DNA of 40,301 nucleotides from a virus (lineage: Duplodnaviria > Caudoviricetes): IMG/VR virus record IMGVR_UViG_3300025653_003083, positions 1-40,301 of that record, one strand, 5' to 3'. The notes beneath the pieces were generated by a model. The model was not told where the DNA came from, ran no database searches, and saw only the letters and a program-made list of their open reading frames with translations. The position numbers and the translations under genes are program-made. Every line of letters begins with the position of its first letter. The stretch's first letter is position 1. Shown piece after piece: positions 8,563-18,217 of the stretch.

Positions 8563-9696
8563 TTATTTACCAATTGTCGATGATTCATACACCGAATTGT
8601 GTGTTTGTGAACAACGAATAAACGTTGCACACTTGCTAAGTTGCTTGAGTTTCATTGCACCTGTATATGTGCAAGCACTACGCACTCCTCCAAGAATCTC
8701 CTGCACTGTTTTAGCTACAGGTCCTCTGTAAGGCACAAGCACTGTGCGTCCTTCTGATGAACGATAATCTTTAAGTCCACCAAAATGCTTATCGTTTGCA
8801 CTGGCACTACTCATACCGTAGAACTGTACAAACTGCTTTTCTTCATAGTGTGGCATAAAATTGCCGTTATCTAATCTTGTTGCTTCGCCATTAGCAAAAT
8901 GTTTAGTAATTACTTCGCCGCCGCCTTCATCGTGTCCGGCAAGCATACCACCTAGCATTACAAAGTCTGCGCCAGCGGCAAATGCTTTGGCTACATCGCC
9001 AGGACAAGTGCAGCCACCATCCGCAATGATATGGCCACCAAGACCGTGAGCAGCATCAGCGCACTCAATAACAGCGGAAAGCTGAGGGTAACCAACACCA
9101 GTTTGGATCCGTGTTGTGCAAACACTTCCAGGACCGATGCCCACTTTAACAATATCTGCGCCATTTAAGATTAACTCCTCCGTCATTTCTCTTGTTACTA
9201 CATTTCCAGCAATGATTACCAAGTCTGGAAACTCTGCACGTACTCTGCGAACGTGTGCTGCAAAGTGATCACTATAGCCATTGGCAATGTCCATACAAAC
9301 ATATTTCAGTTTGTTTTCTACTTCTGACTTAACTTTGATCAGTTTATAATAATCGTGATCACTTGTGCCAATGCTCATTGCTACACATTCGGTGCGATCA
9401 ATTGGACCACTGAAGTATTCAATAAGTTCTTCTGCTAAGTAAGTTTTAACTAGACAAGTAAAAATTTCACCTTCTGCTAATTTGTCAGCCATAGCAAATG
9501 TGCCTACACCGTCCATGTTTGCAGCCATAATAGGAATGCCATTGTAATGGTCATCACCAATATCAAAGTCTGGTTCATAGTTCCTAAACTGAAACTTTCG
9601 ATTTAGTTTAACTTGACTACGACTTTGCAGTGTGCTTCGCTTCGGACGAATCAACACATCTTTGTAATCTAACTTTAAATCTTCTTCTAGTCGCAT
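8563..9696 (-). CDS. guaC: GMP reductase
   Basis: [54 protein letters not shown]. Confidence 0.95.
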   Translation of the reverse strand: MRLEEDLKLDYKDVLIRPKRSTLQSRSQVKLNRKFQFRNYEPDFDIGDDHYNGIPIMAANMDGVGTFAMADKLAEGEIFTCLVKTYLAEELIEYFSGPIDRTECVAMSIGTSDHDYYKLIKVKSEVENKLKYVCMDIANGYSDHFAAHVRRVRAEFPDLVIIAGNVVTREMTEELILNGADIVKVGIGPGSVCTTRIQTGVGYPQLSAVIECADAAHGLGGHIIADGGCTCPGDVAKAFAAGADFVMLGGMLAGHDEGGGEVITKHFANGEATRLDNGNFMPHYEEKQFVQFYGMSSASANDKHFGGLKDYRSSEGRTVLVPYRGPVAKTVQEILGGVRSACTYTGAMKLKQLSKCATFIRCSQTHNSVYESSTIGK

Positions 9697-10331
9697 GTTA
9701 TTCTCCAGTATAGGTAGTCAGCCCATTTCTCATAACCATTAGCATTAGGGTGTCCGTCTTTACTAAAGTTATTGCTGTTGACTCTTGTTTTGTTTGTTTC
9801 TTTGCCAATAAATTTGTTGCTATCATTTACATCACCACCAATGTTTTTTTCGCCGCCTATATAATCACGCATAGTTGTGTTCGTTATAACATCTGTCCAG
9901 TCAATAAAATCATATGAAGTATCTAGCATTTCTTTGTCATCAAAACTTACAAATGTTAAATGCTTTATATTTAAAGTTCTACAGCGTTGTTGGAAACTAT
10001 GTATCAACACATGGGTTTGCAACTTGATAAAGTCTTGATTATAATATTTCAATAAATATTGTTTATCAAAGTCTCTACCATAAATGGTATTTCCATTTGC
10101 ACCTACAGTGCGGCTAAACGCACTTAATCCAAATATTGCAATAGCATTAGGTTCTATGCGATAATTTAAAAAGTTTTGATACTGGTGCCAGTTACTATCG
10201 CCACTACCGCCAAAATTTGTAAATCCTGCACAGCCAAGTTTTTTAGAAAGTCTTCCCACCCAGCCCTGATTATCTTCTTCGTCATCAGTTCCTTCAGTCC
10301 AACTACAACCTAATGCATAAAGGTATTGCAA
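9687..10331 (-). CDS. SGNH/GDSL-like hydrolase
   Basis: GCSWTEG block [17 protein letters not shown]; likely TTG start at 10331 just after the bS21 stop. Confidence 0.7.
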   Translation of the reverse strand: MQYLYALGCSWTEGTDDEEDNQGWVGRLSKKLGCAGFTNFGGSGDSNWHQYQNFLNYRIEPNAIAIFGLSAFSRTVGANGNTIYGRDFDKQYLLKYYNQDFIKLQTHVLIHSFQQRCRTLNIKHLTFVSFDDKEMLDTSYDFIDWTDVITNTTMRDYIGGEKNIGGDVNDSNKFIGKETNKTRVNSNNFSKDGHPNANGYEKWADYLYWRITCD

Positions 10332-10332
10332 T

Positions 10333-10581
10333 TCAATAACCTGATGCTTCTTGATCTTTTGCTCTTTGTCTCTTGTATCTACGAATAGCAGCTTCTTTAG
10401 CCTTGCGCCTTTTGGTGCCTCTTGATTCATAAAATTCACGTTTACGCAATTCTTGTAGCAATCCGTCGTCAGCAACTTTCTTTTTAAATTTGCGTAATGC
10501 TTTAGCAAAGTCCCCGTTTGTAACTTCGACATAGAGTCCGCGCACTTCAAAATCATTTTTTCTAGTTTTATTAAATCTCAT
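10333..10581 (-). CDS. rpsU: Ribosomal protein bS21
   Basis: V.V.NGDFAKALRKFKKKV...GLLQELRKREFYE...KRRKAKEAAIRR. Confidence 0.9.
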   Translation of the reverse strand: MRFNKTRKNDFEVRGLYVEVTNGDFAKALRKFKKKVADDGLLQELRKREFYESRGTKRRKAKEAAIRRYKRQRAKDQEASGY

Positions 10582-10963
10582 TTAATCCTCTTTTGATATA
10601 AGATTCTAACCAATGCAAATCGTAAATTTGATTTACATTAAGTAAATTATACGGTGTAATGGTGTCATTTGTCAAGTAAAAAGTGTTTGATCTAGAAACA
10701 ATCCAACCTGCAATATTCCTTACTGTGGGTGTGCAATTATCTAAATCAATTATAACTGTGTTAACTTTTCTAATTTCATTCATTAACCAATCAATATGTA
10801 TATCATCTAATTCTTCATAGAGGTATATGTTGATTGGTTTATCTAGCTTTTCAAGTATTTCACTCAAAGCACTTTTAACTTCAATTTGTGGATACACCAA
10901 TAGTATACTGTAAATATCATTTAACAAACTATCTGGAGGTGTAATTAATGTCACATCACTCAT
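10571..10963 (-). CDS. Hypothetical protein
   Basis: 130-aa ORF overlapping both neighbours. Confidence 0.7.
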   Translation of the reverse strand: MSDVTLITPPDSLLNDIYSILLVYPQIEVKSALSEILEKLDKPINIYLYEELDDIHIDWLMNEIRKVNTVIIDLDNCTPTVRNIAGWIVSRSNTFYLTNDTITPYNLLNVNQIYDLHWLESYIKRGLNEI

Positions 10964-13181
10964 TACGTTTTATTTTATTCCAAATACTGTTTTCATCTTG
11001 TTCATCGTTTTGAATATAAGGTTCTTGATGCCATGGTAGTTCATCAATCTTACCTTTTATATAGCTATCTTTGTAATGTTTCAAGTTCTCTTCTGGATTG
11101 TCTGATTTCCAAGCCTTTTTGGCTTCTTTAAATGATTCTTGTTCTTCCAGTAATGCTACTTCTTCAGCTCTTTTTTTTTGGTCTGCTGTTAGCTCTACTC
11201 TGGATTCATCCACTGCTTCGGTAGAGTCTCCTCCATCAACTCTGGTTCCAGGCTGGGAATTATCTCCCTCATCCTCTCCACTGTGTATGTTGGTGGCGCT
11301 GGCTTCGGTGGTTCCGGGATCGACGGCGGGTTTGACTTTGTGAAGTCTATCTTCGCTTCCGGTTGGTGTATGTTCATCATTGATATTATCATTGCTTTTA
11401 ACATGGTTTTTGTCCTCTGGCGGCCAACCTGGATTCTCAAGAATACGCTGTGCCCTCGCACGTTCGTAGTCAGCAAAATCATCCTTCTTAGGGCTGCGAC
11501 TACGCATCTCAAAAGTTGCCTGGCTGGCTATTAGCAGTAGCACGGCGAGTGGATCAAATACAAAAATTATTACTATGATAACCCAACGCACTGCCTCTTC
11601 TAATATATCTTGGTTGGTCTCTCCATATATAAATTCAGCAAGATATTTAATAGGTCCTACTTCTGCTTCTAGTTTTCTATATTCTGCTTGTAGAGCATAC
11701 TTGTCTTCAGTTAAACTGTCAATAGTATTATTAAATTCTACAATCTTTTTCTGTTGAGCGTCTACTATGGCTTCAACATCTGCGTCTTTGCCCACTGTGA
11801 GGCTGTTACGCAATCTCTGTATTAGATCATTGCTGGCAGCAATCTGTGCTTCTGCGCCTGCTCTTAGATCTTTTATGCTTTGTCTAGCAGCGTTGATACG
11901 AGCATCATCTGCTTGACGCAAGGCAGTGATTTGCTCTTGAGCAGTTTGCCTTGCGCTCCTATTAGCAGGAATATCTGTGTCCAAGATTGTATCAATCTTA
12001 CTTTGTATCTCCGCTCTCTGTGTCTTGGCTTCATCTACTGCGCCACTACGAATGCTGTCTACGGCATCTAGTAGACTTTGTTTGCGCTGTAGTATATTCT
12101 CTGTCTGTTGGCCACGCAAATCTTTTACTTGCTCAGTCAAACGATCTCTTTCGGCATCTAGTGTTGACTGTGCTTGTGTGCGTAGGCCTGTTTCCTGTGC
12201 TTGTAGCTCGCTTATACGTGCTCTCTGTGCTTCTAACCAAGCATTGTATGCTCTGGTTGTGTTGCTGCCAAACAATCCATCACTGGTGACTCCAATCACA
12301 GCTTGTCCTTCTTTGATCTTGTCACGTTCTGTGCTCTGTAATTTGTTTGTAACCACCACAATGTTTTCTTCTATGGCAGCAACTCTTGATTTTACGCTTT
12401 CAATAGCACTGGTGTCTATTTGTAGATTGGTAATACGTTGCTCGTATTCATTTGCTTGTGTGTTGATACGTTCCAAGTCGGCATCAAGTTGTTCAATCTG
12501 CTTGTTGTATGGCTCCACTTGTGCTTCAATGCTGGCTACACTGGTGTTCGCAATTTCAGTTCTGTAGTCTTCAACTACTGATTTTAGACGCTCTAGTTCG
12601 CGATCTAAACTCTGAATTTCTTCTTCATATACAGCTACTCGGTCTTCGAGACTTTCGAGTTGCGTTTGTATGATTTGATTTTGTTCCGCAATAGCAGGCT
12701 CAATACGAATGTAAGCACTGTCTATCCTTTCTTGTTCTTTGTCAATCTGTGCTTGTGTGGCAGCATTGCCCTCACCTACACTGGCTTCAGCATCTTGTAT
12801 CCTAGTTTCTGCTCTAGCAATAAGATCTTTAACTCTGACGACTTCCTGTTCAATACGCTCGATTTGTGCGATGCCTTCTTCGGCAGCACTGGTTTGTTCA
12901 ATGTGTGCTTTTGACAGGAAGCCAAAAATACCCATGCTGGTAATAAACATCAACACTAGAACAGCAATGCTCAAGTAGGTTTTTAACCACCACTTGGCTT
13001 TCTGCCAATACCAGTGTAGCCACACTGCTGTGACCAGTTTACCAATTTCCAATGCGCCGCCCATGATAATGATTGGCAATGCGGCAGCCGCAAAGATTGC
13101 GACCAATCCGCTGACGCTATAATATATCGCTACGGCACTGATAGTAAGCGCCGTGATTAGCACAAGTATTCCTAAAAACAT
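10956..13181 (-). CDS. Multi-TM long coiled-coil protein with central peptidoglycan-binding-like motif
   Basis: Three N-terminal TMs, about 440-aa heptad-rich region containing QAVIGVTSDGLFGSNTTRA, C-terminal TM (IIFVFDPLAVLLLIA), acidic tail. Confidence 0.7.
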   Translation of the reverse strand: MFLGILVLITALTISAVAIYYSVSGLVAIFAAAALPIIIMGGALEIGKLVTAVWLHWYWQKAKWWLKTYLSIAVLVLMFITSMGIFGFLSKAHIEQTSAAEEGIAQIERIEQEVVRVKDLIARAETRIQDAEASVGEGNAATQAQIDKEQERIDSAYIRIEPAIAEQNQIIQTQLESLEDRVAVYEEEIQSLDRELERLKSVVEDYRTEIANTSVASIEAQVEPYNKQIEQLDADLERINTQANEYEQRITNLQIDTSAIESVKSRVAAIEENIVVVTNKLQSTERDKIKEGQAVIGVTSDGLFGSNTTRAYNAWLEAQRARISELQAQETGLRTQAQSTLDAERDRLTEQVKDLRGQQTENILQRKQSLLDAVDSIRSGAVDEAKTQRAEIQSKIDTILDTDIPANRSARQTAQEQITALRQADDARINAARQSIKDLRAGAEAQIAASNDLIQRLRNSLTVGKDADVEAIVDAQQKKIVEFNNTIDSLTEDKYALQAEYRKLEAEVGPIKYLAEFIYGETNQDILEEAVRWVIIVIIFVFDPLAVLLLIASQATFEMRSRSPKKDDFADYERARAQRILENPGWPPEDKNHVKSNDNINDEHTPTGSEDRLHKVKPAVDPGTTEASATNIHSGEDEGDNSQPGTRVDGGDSTEAVDESRVELTADQKKRAEEVALLEEQESFKEAKKAWKSDNPEENLKHYKDSYIKGKIDELPWHQEPYIQNDEQDENSIWNKIKRNE

Positions 13182-13195
13182 AGTATTGTATTTAA

Positions 13196-13678
13196 TTACT
13201 CCCATCGGTAGAATATATGCGCACCTATTCTACCCACCATTTGTAGCTCTTTAGCCCATCTTGGATTCACATATGTAGCATGATAGTTGGTAGCACCTTC
13301 GGTAAGTCCTCTGTGCTTGTCCCATTTGCTGATTGACCATGCTATGGTTTGCGCTTCAATCCAACGGTCTCGGTCTTGTGGGTCATCTGATTTACCATCA
13401 CAATACCAGCTAAATTGGCAATCTCTTCTTCCTTTCTGGTAGCCGTCTTTGACTACTCCACAGATGGTGTTTGGAAAACGTCTGTCGTTCACACGATTCA
13501 AAACCACATCTGCCACAGCATATTTATCTGCTAAATTACTGCTTCTTGCTTCATAATATACATTCAATGCCAAGCAATGTTCTTCAGGAAATTTATCCAA
13601 ATCAAATGGATAACTTTCGGTTGCTGACACTCCTGTGCTGCCAAGGATTACTCCTACGATTAGTAAGAACTTTTTCAT
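13196..13678 (-). CDS. Cell wall hydrolase (SleB/Hydrolase_2)
   Basis: CLALNVYYEAR, AVADVVLNRV, FPNTICGVV, CQFSWYCDG, GATNYHATYVNPRW, IGAHIFY. Confidence 0.92.
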   Translation of the reverse strand: MKKFLLIVGVILGSTGVSATESYPFDLDKFPEEHCLALNVYYEARSSNLADKYAVADVVLNRVNDRRFPNTICGVVKDGYQKGRRDCQFSWYCDGKSDDPQDRDRWIEAQTIAWSISKWDKHRGLTEGATNYHATYVNPRWAKELQMVGRIGAHIFYRWE

Positions 13679-13701
13679 ATCTACCTCAATTGTTGTTTTA
13701 C

Positions 13702-14061
13702 TTAGTTTCTGCGCATCGCAGCGATGTCTTTGGCATCTTCTTTTTTGTCTGCGAATACTGGAACCATATTACTCTTATGCATTGTAGCAATACCAAGCAA
13801 CCTACGTTCGCCTGAATAAACCATAGACTCTTTTGCTGGACCATGTCCTGCTATGTTGTTGCTTAATGGTGCTGTATCTCTAGTTTTGTAATCTGGCATA
13901 GGCGCACGATAGTCCTGCTTGGGTTTGTCTGTGATACCCATCTTCGCAAGCCATTGCTCGTGTTCTATCTTGGCTTGCCGATCTCTTTTGGTTAAGCCTT
14001 TTTGTTTACGCTTCTTGTAATTTGTAGTGGTAAGATAAGGTCCGACCAAACTCATACTCAT
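13702..14061 (-). CDS. Basic hypothetical phage protein
   Basis: GIATMHKSNMVPV motif; own sigma70 promoter and GGAG SD. Confidence 0.7.
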   Translation of the reverse strand: MSMSLVGPYLTTTNYKKRKQKGLTKRDRQAKIEHEQWLAKMGITDKPKQDYRAPMPDYKTRDTAPLSNNIAGHGPAKESMVYSGERRLLGIATMHKSNMVPVFADKKEDAKDIAAMRRN

Positions 14062-14084
14062 AACGGTTCTCCATTTTGTTAACC

Positions 14085-14121
14085 TATAAACAGTATAGCA
14101 GAATATTAAATGATGTCAACC
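14085..14121 (-). promoter_or_regulatory. Sigma70-type early promoter
   Basis: GGTTGACA-N16-TATACT followed by GTTTATA; same design at 14643-14679. Confidence 0.75.
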
Positions 14122-14123
14122 TA

Positions 14124-14618
14124 TTAGTTTTTATATGCCTTGGCCATAGTTTCTAGTTCTTGTATAGCCTCTTCTATTCCTGAAATAGAATACTTAGCAT
14201 AACGTGTTCCATATGGCCATTTAGCATAGCTAACTTTGATTGTATCATCAGCGGACAAAATATTTGTATTGTGTAGTCCTTTATGACAGGAAACTGGCAT
14301 TCCACCTAACGGATCACCTGAAAAAAGATATTCAGATTCATCCCCAACTCTTACTTCACCAATTTTCCTACCTGGATAGTCGTGTCCAACAATATCTAAA
14401 CAATAGTCATTATCTCTATAAACGTTTTTTAGTAATTGGATGCTACCTTCTGTATTTCCTGATGAAAGATAACACCATTTTAAATCATTCATCATATGAG
14501 TATAACACTCAATATGGAATCCATTTACATTTTTTGTTTGAAGATTTTCTTTATGACTTTGTGCCATTGAAGATGTAGCTGCGACTGTAAGAGCTACTGC
14601 TGTAATAAAAGTTTTCAT
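14124..14618 (-). CDS. Secreted hypothetical protein
   Basis: Signal peptide MKTFITAVALTVAATSSMA; four Cys. Confidence 0.65.
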   Translation of the reverse strand: MKTFITAVALTVAATSSMAQSHKENLQTKNVNGFHIECYTHMMNDLKWCYLSSGNTEGSIQLLKNVYRDNDYCLDIVGHDYPGRKIGEVRVGDESEYLFSGDPLGGMPVSCHKGLHNTNILSADDTIKVSYAKWPYGTRYAKYSISGIEEAIQELETMAKAYKN

Positions 14619-14642
14619 GTGAGCCTATGTGTTTGCCTAACG

Positions 14643-14679
14643 TATAAACAGTATAGCGTATTTGTATTATTTGTCAACC
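14643..14679 (-). promoter_or_regulatory. Sigma70-type early promoter
   Basis: GGTTGACA-N16-TATACT-GTTTATA. Confidence 0.75.
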
Positions 14680-15128
14680 AGTTTGTTGTATTCTTCTCTA
14701 TTGACCACACCTTCTCGCAAAAGTTTCTCTCTATTTGCCATATGTTTCATTTGGATTTCGTCTTTGCTGCCGCCGAAATAAGCAACACAATGCCCTTCTT
14801 CGATAAGAATATCAGTAACTCTACGGCCGTCTGCTGTTAAAAAGTCACCTAGTATTCTACCAAACTTGCCCTTCATATCTTCACCATCTTTATTTTCTGT
14901 AGTGATCAACTTGGCATCTTTCTCCATTAATTCATAAAGTCTATTTTTAGCTGCTAATCCAAATAATTTTTCAACATCGTCTCTGGTGCGTGATTCTGGT
15001 GTGTCTATACCCATTATCCTTACACGTTCGTCATGTAGCCAAACTCCAAAACCTAAATTTATATCTACATCTACTGTGTCGCCATCAACGACTTTAATTA
15101 CTTTTACATCATACTCATTGTTTTTCAT
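14667..15128 (-). CDS. Thermonuclease (SNase-like)
   Basis: KVVDGDTVDV, RVRIMGIDTPES, GKFGRILG. Confidence 0.9.
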   Translation of the reverse strand: MKNNEYDVKVIKVVDGDTVDVDINLGFGVWLHDERVRIMGIDTPESRTRDDVEKLFGLAAKNRLYELMEKDAKLITTENKDGEDMKGKFGRILGDFLTADGRRVTDILIEEGHCVAYFGGSKDEIQMKHMANREKLLREGVVNREEYNKLVDK

Positions 15129-15140
15129 TTTTTACCCTCT

Positions 15141-15296
15141 CTAAGTGGCCTTGCCCTGGCCTCTACTTGGTTTGTATGAACGTTTTTTATCTTTGTTCAT
15201 ACTACTTAGTTTTATTGAAGTTTTGGTTTTACCAATACTTGTTTTCTTTTTATATTTTTCTGGTTTCCATATGTTTCCTAAGGCACCTTTAGCCAT
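15141..15296 (-). CDS. Small Lys-rich phage protein
   Basis: MAKGALG...KKKTSIG...KKRSYKPSRGQGKAT; GGGG SD. Confidence 0.6.
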   Translation of the reverse strand: MAKGALGNIWKPEKYKKKTSIGKTKTSIKLSSMNKDKKRSYKPSRGQGKAT

Positions 15297-15618
15297 TGTG
15301 TTTCCCCCATTCATCCATAATAAATTCTCCAAATGCCTGTCCAAATATCCACATCAGAACCAGCAAGTGGGCCACAATATACAACAACACTGGTATCACA
15401 ACAAAACTCACCCAACGTGGTTTGCGTTCCAGCCAGTGTAATAACTGTTTGATCCTGTTCTTAACACCGTCCAACATATACTTGCCTACCACATAACGCA
15501 ATACTCTCATTACGATAAGGATAGGCGAGCTCAATACATCAAACAGTATCAAAAACAAATCAACACCGACATCCACTATGGAATCAATATTCAACTTCTT
15601 TTTGATTTTTTGCCACAC
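15289..15618 (-). CDS. Small membrane protein
   Basis: Two hydrophobic segments; GAGG SD; late promoter at 15643-15648. Confidence 0.6.
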   Translation of the reverse strand: MWQKIKKKLNIDSIVDVGVDLFLILFDVLSSPILIVMRVLRYVVGKYMLDGVKNRIKQLLHWLERKPRWVSFVVIPVLLYIVAHLLVLMWIFGQAFGEFIMDEWGKHNG

Positions 15619-15653
15619 AATGATGCCCTCATTATCTACGTGTATTTAGCCAT

Positions 15654-15680
15654 AAAAAAAGCAACCCGAAGGTTGCTTTT
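15654..15680 (-). terminator. Rho-independent terminator after the porin gene
   Basis: AAAAGCAACC-TTCG-GGTTGCTTTTTTT. Confidence 0.85.
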
Positions 15681-15712
15681 AGTTCGAACGGCGTAAAGCC
15701 TGTCCCGTTTGT

Positions 15713-16498
15713 TTAGAAGTTGAACGATAGTCCTAATGTTGGAGTAAAGTCTTCTGTGTCTAGGTTATAGTTAGCACCTGCTGTTAGTTCAGCACCGCCT
15801 AAACCATAAACATACTCACCACCAATGTTTTGTAGTGTGTCATCTTGATCACCATTGATATATGCTGTTAGACCCATTGCATTTGCAACACCTTCAAATG
15901 CAAACTTTTCTGCGTCTACATCATATGTTACTGTGCCGCCTAGAGAAGCAACACCTAGATCTAAACCTGAAGCTGATGCACCTAACACAGTGTTTTCAGT
16001 ATTCATGTTGTAATCACCTGATGCTGTAACTGCTAAACCAGCAACGTCACCTAGTGTGTAAGCACCTTGAATGTTGCTGATATCTGTGATATCACTACTC
16101 CAGTTATTAAAACCAATTGCTACGCTTGCATCGCCTGCTGTAACTTTTACTGATTCAGTCATTGCTGGTGCTGCGATTGTGTGCTCGCCTTCTGCTCCAA
16201 CAAATACACCATTGTCATCGCCAATTGCAATTCCAATAGCATTTATAGTTGTTCCAACTGTCCAGTTGTCTAGTGTAAGTGCACCACCGTCAGTTGCACT
16301 AAAGTCTAAGTCTACTGTTGCTAAACCTGCTGCGTCAACACCTAGGTCTAAACCCATTGCTCCGCCCCAGTCATCGTTAGCGTCTTGGGTAAACTTTAAT
16401 TCTACTTCGCCTGATAACACTGGAGACATTGCCGGTGTTTCTGCGAATGCAGCACCTGCGAACAGGGTTGCTGCTAAAATGGTAAATACCTTGCGCAT
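15713..16498 (-). CDS. Alphaproteobacterial-type porin
   Basis: Signal peptide, first strand LSGEVEL, amphipathic strands, C-terminal LGLSFNF. Confidence 0.75.
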   Translation of the reverse strand: MRKVFTILAATLFAGAAFAETPAMSPVLSGEVELKFTQDANDDWGGAMGLDLGVDAAGLATVDLDFSATDGGALTLDNWTVGTTINAIGIAIGDDNGVFVGAEGEHTIAAPAMTESVKVTAGDASVAIGFNNWSSDITDISNIQGAYTLGDVAGLAVTASGDYNMNTENTVLGASASGLDLGVASLGGTVTYDVDAEKFAFEGVANAMGLTAYINGDQDDTLQNIGGEYVYGLGGAELTAGANYNLDTEDFTPTLGLSFNF

Positions 16499-16642
16499 AA
16501 TATTTTTCCTTCTTTATTATGTGTTTTCATAAAGCAAAGGGCAAGTTACTGGCTTGCCCTTTCACTGATATATTTATGCTACATAATGCTGCAAATGCAC
16601 AATATGAAAGCATAATTATACATTTGTGTTTTTTATGCAACA

Positions 16643-17455
16643 CTATTCTTCTACAAACATTTTCTCTTTGTTTGCATCTTGAATTCTAAGATTTGCAAAA
16701 TCAATATAATCTTTATCAATATCAAATCCAATATAATCTATATTCTGTCTAATAGCTGCGATAGCAGATGTTCCAGAACCTATAAATGGATCAACTAACA
16801 AGCCTTTTTTAATTCCACTAAATTTTATACATTGTTCAATAAGTGCAATAGGGAATGTTGCAGGATGTTTTCCTCTGTGCTTTATTCTATTGCTTATTGT
16901 TTCATAAGGAACAAACCAACAATTACCTTTATCTCGTAAGTTAGGTTTTGTCTCTGCTGTATTTTTTCCTCTAATGTTTTCTTCGTAGTATTCATAAGGA
17001 ACACCAACTGCTAATCTATCAATTTCAACTTTTCCAGTTTTTGTAAAATGAAATAAATGTTCCCAAGTTGGACATGTAAAACGGTTACTATTAATTGGTT
17101 TAAAATGTCCACTTGTCTTATCATTTACGTGAATACTTTTTACCCAACTAATATTGTTTTGTAAAACAAAAGAATTTCTAGCAACATTTGCTACATCCAT
17201 TCCTACCCACGGATCAATATTTGAATAACCCATGTTTAAAAAGAAATGTCCATCATCTTTAAGACAATGTTTTATTGCTGAAAATACATCATGTAACCAT
17301 TTCAAATAACTTTCACGTGGCAGATCGTCTTTGTATTTTCCATATTTTATGTCTAAATTATACGGAGGAGATGTGACAACAATGTCTACACTTCCTGCTG
17401 GCATTGAAAGCATACCTCCGACGCAATCTTGATTGTAAATTATATTTGATTTCAT
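16643..17455 (-). CDS. Orphan DNA methyltransferase, beta class (N4C/N6A)
   Basis: VTSPPYN catalytic motif precedes DPFIGSGTS SAM motif; HPATFP; ATG at 17455. Confidence 0.9.
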   Translation of the reverse strand: MKSNIIYNQDCVGGMLSMPAGSVDIVVTSPPYNLDIKYGKYKDDLPRESYLKWLHDVFSAIKHCLKDDGHFFLNMGYSNIDPWVGMDVANVARNSFVLQNNISWVKSIHVNDKTSGHFKPINSNRFTCPTWEHLFHFTKTGKVEIDRLAVGVPYEYYEENIRGKNTAETKPNLRDKGNCWFVPYETISNRIKHRGKHPATFPIALIEQCIKFSGIKKGLLVDPFIGSGTSAIAAIRQNIDYIGFDIDKDYIDFANLRIQDANKEKMFVEE

Positions 17456-17485
17456 ACAGTAATGTAACACAAATTTTTAAGTAAG

Positions 17486-17701
17486 TCAACCACCTGGTGT
17501 AAAGCCTTTTGGCTTAAACCAAACTTTTTGATGATGTATCCTGCCAAGAAGTTCTTGTATCTCGTGCATTTCTTCTTTTAATTTTTGTGAAGTTTCGCCT
17601 TGGGCAATAGCAAGACCTCTACGACCTGCTTTTGCTCTAAGTGCTTGTTCAATAATTTCAATATCACGAACAGTCAATTCAAACTTGAGATTCGGTTTCA
17701 T
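17486..17701 (-). CDS. Hypothetical protein
   Basis: 71-aa ORF; FELTVRDIEIIEQAL...LLGRIHHQKVWF. Confidence 0.65.
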   Translation of the reverse strand: MKPNLKFELTVRDIEIIEQALRAKAGRRGLAIAQGETSQKLKEEMHEIQELLGRIHHQKVWFKPKGFTPGG

Positions 17702-17915
17702 TTAATACGTCTTTCGTTATTTTATTAGCCGGCATACAAGCAACGTTTACTATTGTATCGTTGAATCCTGCAACATTGATAACTTCTATTGCAAGTCTAT
17801 CACTATTAACAGGATCGTTGATGTATGCTTTACATTCGTTTTGTGTGTCAAATTGTAAACTTTTTATTGCAAATGGATCTGCTTCCAACATTGCAAATAC
17901 GATTAACCATTTCAT
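17679..17915 (-). CDS. Small secreted-like protein
   Basis: MKWLIVF...F.TQNECKAY...VACMP pattern. Confidence 0.6.
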   Translation of the reverse strand: MKWLIVFAMLEADPFAIKSLQFDTQNECKAYINDPVNSDRLAIEVINVAGFNDTIVNVACMPANKITKDVLNETESQV

Positions 17916-17998
17916 TTATTAATCTCAGTTGCTACAATAATATAGAAACCTATGATAATAATTGCTAGAATACTGATTGCTGTGTATACTTCACTCAT
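17912..17998 (-). CDS. 28-aa TM peptide (absent from ORF track)
   Basis: MSEVYTAISILAIIIIGFYIIVATEINK*; ATGA overlaps at both ends. Confidence 0.6.
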   Translation of the reverse strand: MSEVYTAISILAIIIIGFYIIVATEINK

Positions 17999-18093
17999 TG
18001 ACATAGATCCTCATACTTGATAGTATGGGCTCTGTGTAATACACCGTTGGGTAGTGTTTCAGTAGTGAATAGTTTTAGAAAATATTTTAGCAT
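17995..18093 (-). CDS. 32-aa peptide (absent from ORF track)
   Basis: AGGAG SD; MLKYFLKLFTTETLPNGVLHRAHTIKYEDLCQ*. Confidence 0.6.
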   Translation of the reverse strand: MLKYFLKLFTTETLPNGVLHRAHTIKYEDLCQ

Positions 18094-18115
18094 TTGTGTC
18101 TCCTGTGTGTAATAA

Positions 18116-18147
18116 TATATAGCAGGTTGACCGTGTAAAGTCAACCT
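18116..18147 (-). promoter_or_regulatory. Sigma70 promoter with overlapping palindrome
   Basis: TTGACT-N17-TATATA with TG extension; AGGTTGAC-N8-GTCAACCT at 18124-18147. Confidence 0.6.
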
Positions 18148-18174
18148 TACTTGGGTGTGTAAAATTGTAGCAAT

Positions 18175-18210
18175 AAAAGAACAGCCGACTCTGATTTCTC
18201 AAAGCCGGCC
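18175..18210 (-). terminator. Terminator after the NCS2 permease gene
   Basis: GCCGGCTTTGA-GAAA-TCAGAGTCGGC then TGTTCTTTT. Confidence 0.75.
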
Positions 18211-18217
18211 ATTATAA

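Noticed and set aside
10332-10556. N-terminal extension of the SGNH ORF
   Set aside because: Overlaps bS21 in another frame; SGNH block I starts right after TTG 10331
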